Shown here piece by piece: positions 24,071 to 24,276 of a stretch of DNA of 24,276 bases; the first letter of the stretch is position 1; each line of letters opens with the position of its first letter. The notes below the pieces were generated by a model. That model saw nothing but the letters and a program-made list of their open reading frames with translations. It made no database searches and was not told the origin of the DNA. The DNA comes from a virus (taxonomy: Duplodnaviria; Caudoviricetes). The translations under genes were made by a program, and so were the position numbers. The stretch is from positions 1-24,276 of IMG/VR virus record IMGVR_UViG_3300045000_000032. One strand, given 5' to 3'.

Positions 24071-24133
24071 TGTGCCGGGTTTTGTGCCGGGGGAAACCGC
24101 TTCTATCGGCGGCAACTGCGGTAACTGCGGCAA
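24071..24133. repeat. Short direct repeats near the att junction (possible integrase arm/Xis sites)
   Basis: TGTGCCGGG at 24071-24079 and 24083-24091. GGYAACTGC at 24111-24119 and 24120-24128, plus a partial third copy. Confidence 0.55.
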
Positions 24134-24178
24134 GGTTCCATGCGGCCACAAATGCTAGAAGTGCCCGAAAACATTGAT

Positions 24179-24272
24179 TGGCGGAGCCGGAGGGATTCGA
24201 ACCCTCGATAGGGCTTTACAACCCTATAACGGTTTAGCAAACCGCCGCCTTCAGCCACTCGGCCACAGCTCC
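24179..24272 (-). tRNA. tRNA-Ser(GCT), intact with encoded CCA; probable prophage integration site
   Basis: Reverse complement GGAGCTGTGGCCGAGTGGCTGAAGGCGGCGGTTTGCTAAACCGTTATAGGGTTGTAAAGCCCTATCGAGGGTTCGAATCCCTCCGGCTCCGCCA: acceptor stem, GCT anticodon, long variable arm, TTCGAAT loop, G discriminator. Confidence 0.98.
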
Positions 24273-24276
24273 GTTA

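Larger units (their letters stand above)
1..24178. mobile_element. Prophage (long non-contractile tail type), right-hand portion, bounded by the tRNA-Ser 3' end
   Basis: Colinear head-tail, tail tube, chaperone, tape measure, tail tip/fibre and lysis genes on the + strand. No sheath gene. Element ends at a tRNA 3' end. Left boundary is outside the window. Confidence 0.93.

Overview
High-GC alphaproteobacterial-type DNA (gene content most like Bradyrhizobium/Hyphomicrobiales prophages; this is inference). The window is the distal ~24 kb of a siphovirus-like prophage abutting the 3' end of an intact tRNA-Ser(GCT) gene (minus strand, 24179-24272). Left to right: an accessory cassette (5'-truncated beta-rich protein and an 855-aa signal-peptide-bearing GH74/xyloglucanase-like beta-propeller), two antisense small membrane peptides, head-tail joining, tail terminator, a split neck gene, tail tube, tail assembly chaperone with a -1 frameshift extension, tape measure, tail tip and fibre genes, an antisense SAM methyltransferase moron, an extended lysis region (amidase-SH3b endolysin, holin, overlapped spanins, RlpA-like protein), small hypotheticals including a minimal nucleotidyltransferase, a D12-class DNA adenine methyltransferase with a highly structured leader flanked by a 22-bp direct repeat, a leftward Zn-ribbon/ligase-domain/Zn-finger module, and att-like repeats. 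No integrase, capsid or terminase gene lies in the window. All family assignments are by motif recognition only; no searches were run.
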